64,000 nt of DNA from Ascidiella aspersa (Eukaryota). The translations under genes and the position numbers were made by a program. Every line of letters begins with the position of its first letter. The stretch's first letter is position 1. Below the pieces are notes generated by a model. The model saw nothing but the letters and a program-made list of their open reading frames with translations. It was not told the DNA's origin and searched no databases. Of this stretch, positions 63,424 through 64,000 are shown piece by piece. The stretch covers positions 6,696,001 through 6,760,000 of the forward strand of contig OZ004612.1 of assembly GCA_963924565.1 (NCBI GenBank). Direction: 5' to 3'.

Positions 63424-64000
63424 CTGCGATCGAAAATACAGGAAGTCACTATGGTATCGATTGCAACCGATATCCTGCGGTGATTGTCATATTAGTATAT
63501 AATTTAAGAAAATTACAAGTTTCTAATATGTGGGTGTTCCTTTGTGGCCCGAAAAAACTATACTAATGCTTTGCCAACTTTTACAACAAGTATGTAAATA
63601 AGAATGGTTTTTGTCGCACTTTTATGCACTAGATGCAAACTTCTACGAATTGTTACTACGTTTTGTTTTCAGGACTTTTATTCTGCCCCAATACGCTAGA
63701 CTATGACAGGTTAACCTCCATAAAATGCTATTTTTGTTTGAATATAGCGGAAGGTTGCCCATGATGGGACACGTTTTATGAAATGACTGTAATGCTCAGT
63801 TATACTTGATACTTCTGCCCTTAACGCTTAAAAGACACTTATAACTTTGCCTTTAGCTTTTCAACCTTTTTATTAAATCATCTTAGAAAAACGTTGATGT
63901 ATTGATGTCTACCGTCTTTAGAAACCAGAGTTTCATAACATGGGACAGTGTGATTCGCAAGATGGAACAGGAAGAATCCGTTGTTTTAAATTGATCAATT

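Noticed and set aside
63312-63566. Plus-strand 84-aa ORF
   Set aside because: Antisense shadow of the minus-strand vWA exon 63423-63246.

Overview
AT-rich, intron-containing metazoan (invertebrate-type) genomic DNA; the taxon cannot be fixed from sequence alone. The window is a head-to-tail minus-strand array of adhesion GPCR (family B2) genes, reconstructed here by hand from GT-AG boundaries and intron phases. From right to left: gene A (5'-partial; vWA + Thr-rich stalk + GAIN/GPS + 7TM, with two phase-compatible last exons); gene B (42008-30805), gene C (28120-19994) and gene D (13592-6676), each signal peptide + Cys micro-exons + C-type lectin domain + mucin stalk + very short GAIN/GPS + 7TM; and the first exon of gene E (250-166), which continues past the left edge. 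Genes C and D are each followed by an orphan, in-phase, B-type TM3-TM6 and TM7/tail exon pair whose upstream exon has decayed. These are either alternative 7TM cassettes or pseudogene remnants. The paralogs are mosaics, with divergent ectodomains on near-identical GAIN-7TM blocks. Introns carry many hAT-type MITEs (several with exact 8-bp TSDs, one nested set), tRNA-derived SINE heads, probable solo LTRs, and a hairpin containing a minimal Penelope-type hammerhead ribozyme motif. One assembly gap (about 35221-35459) lies in the mucin exon of gene B.
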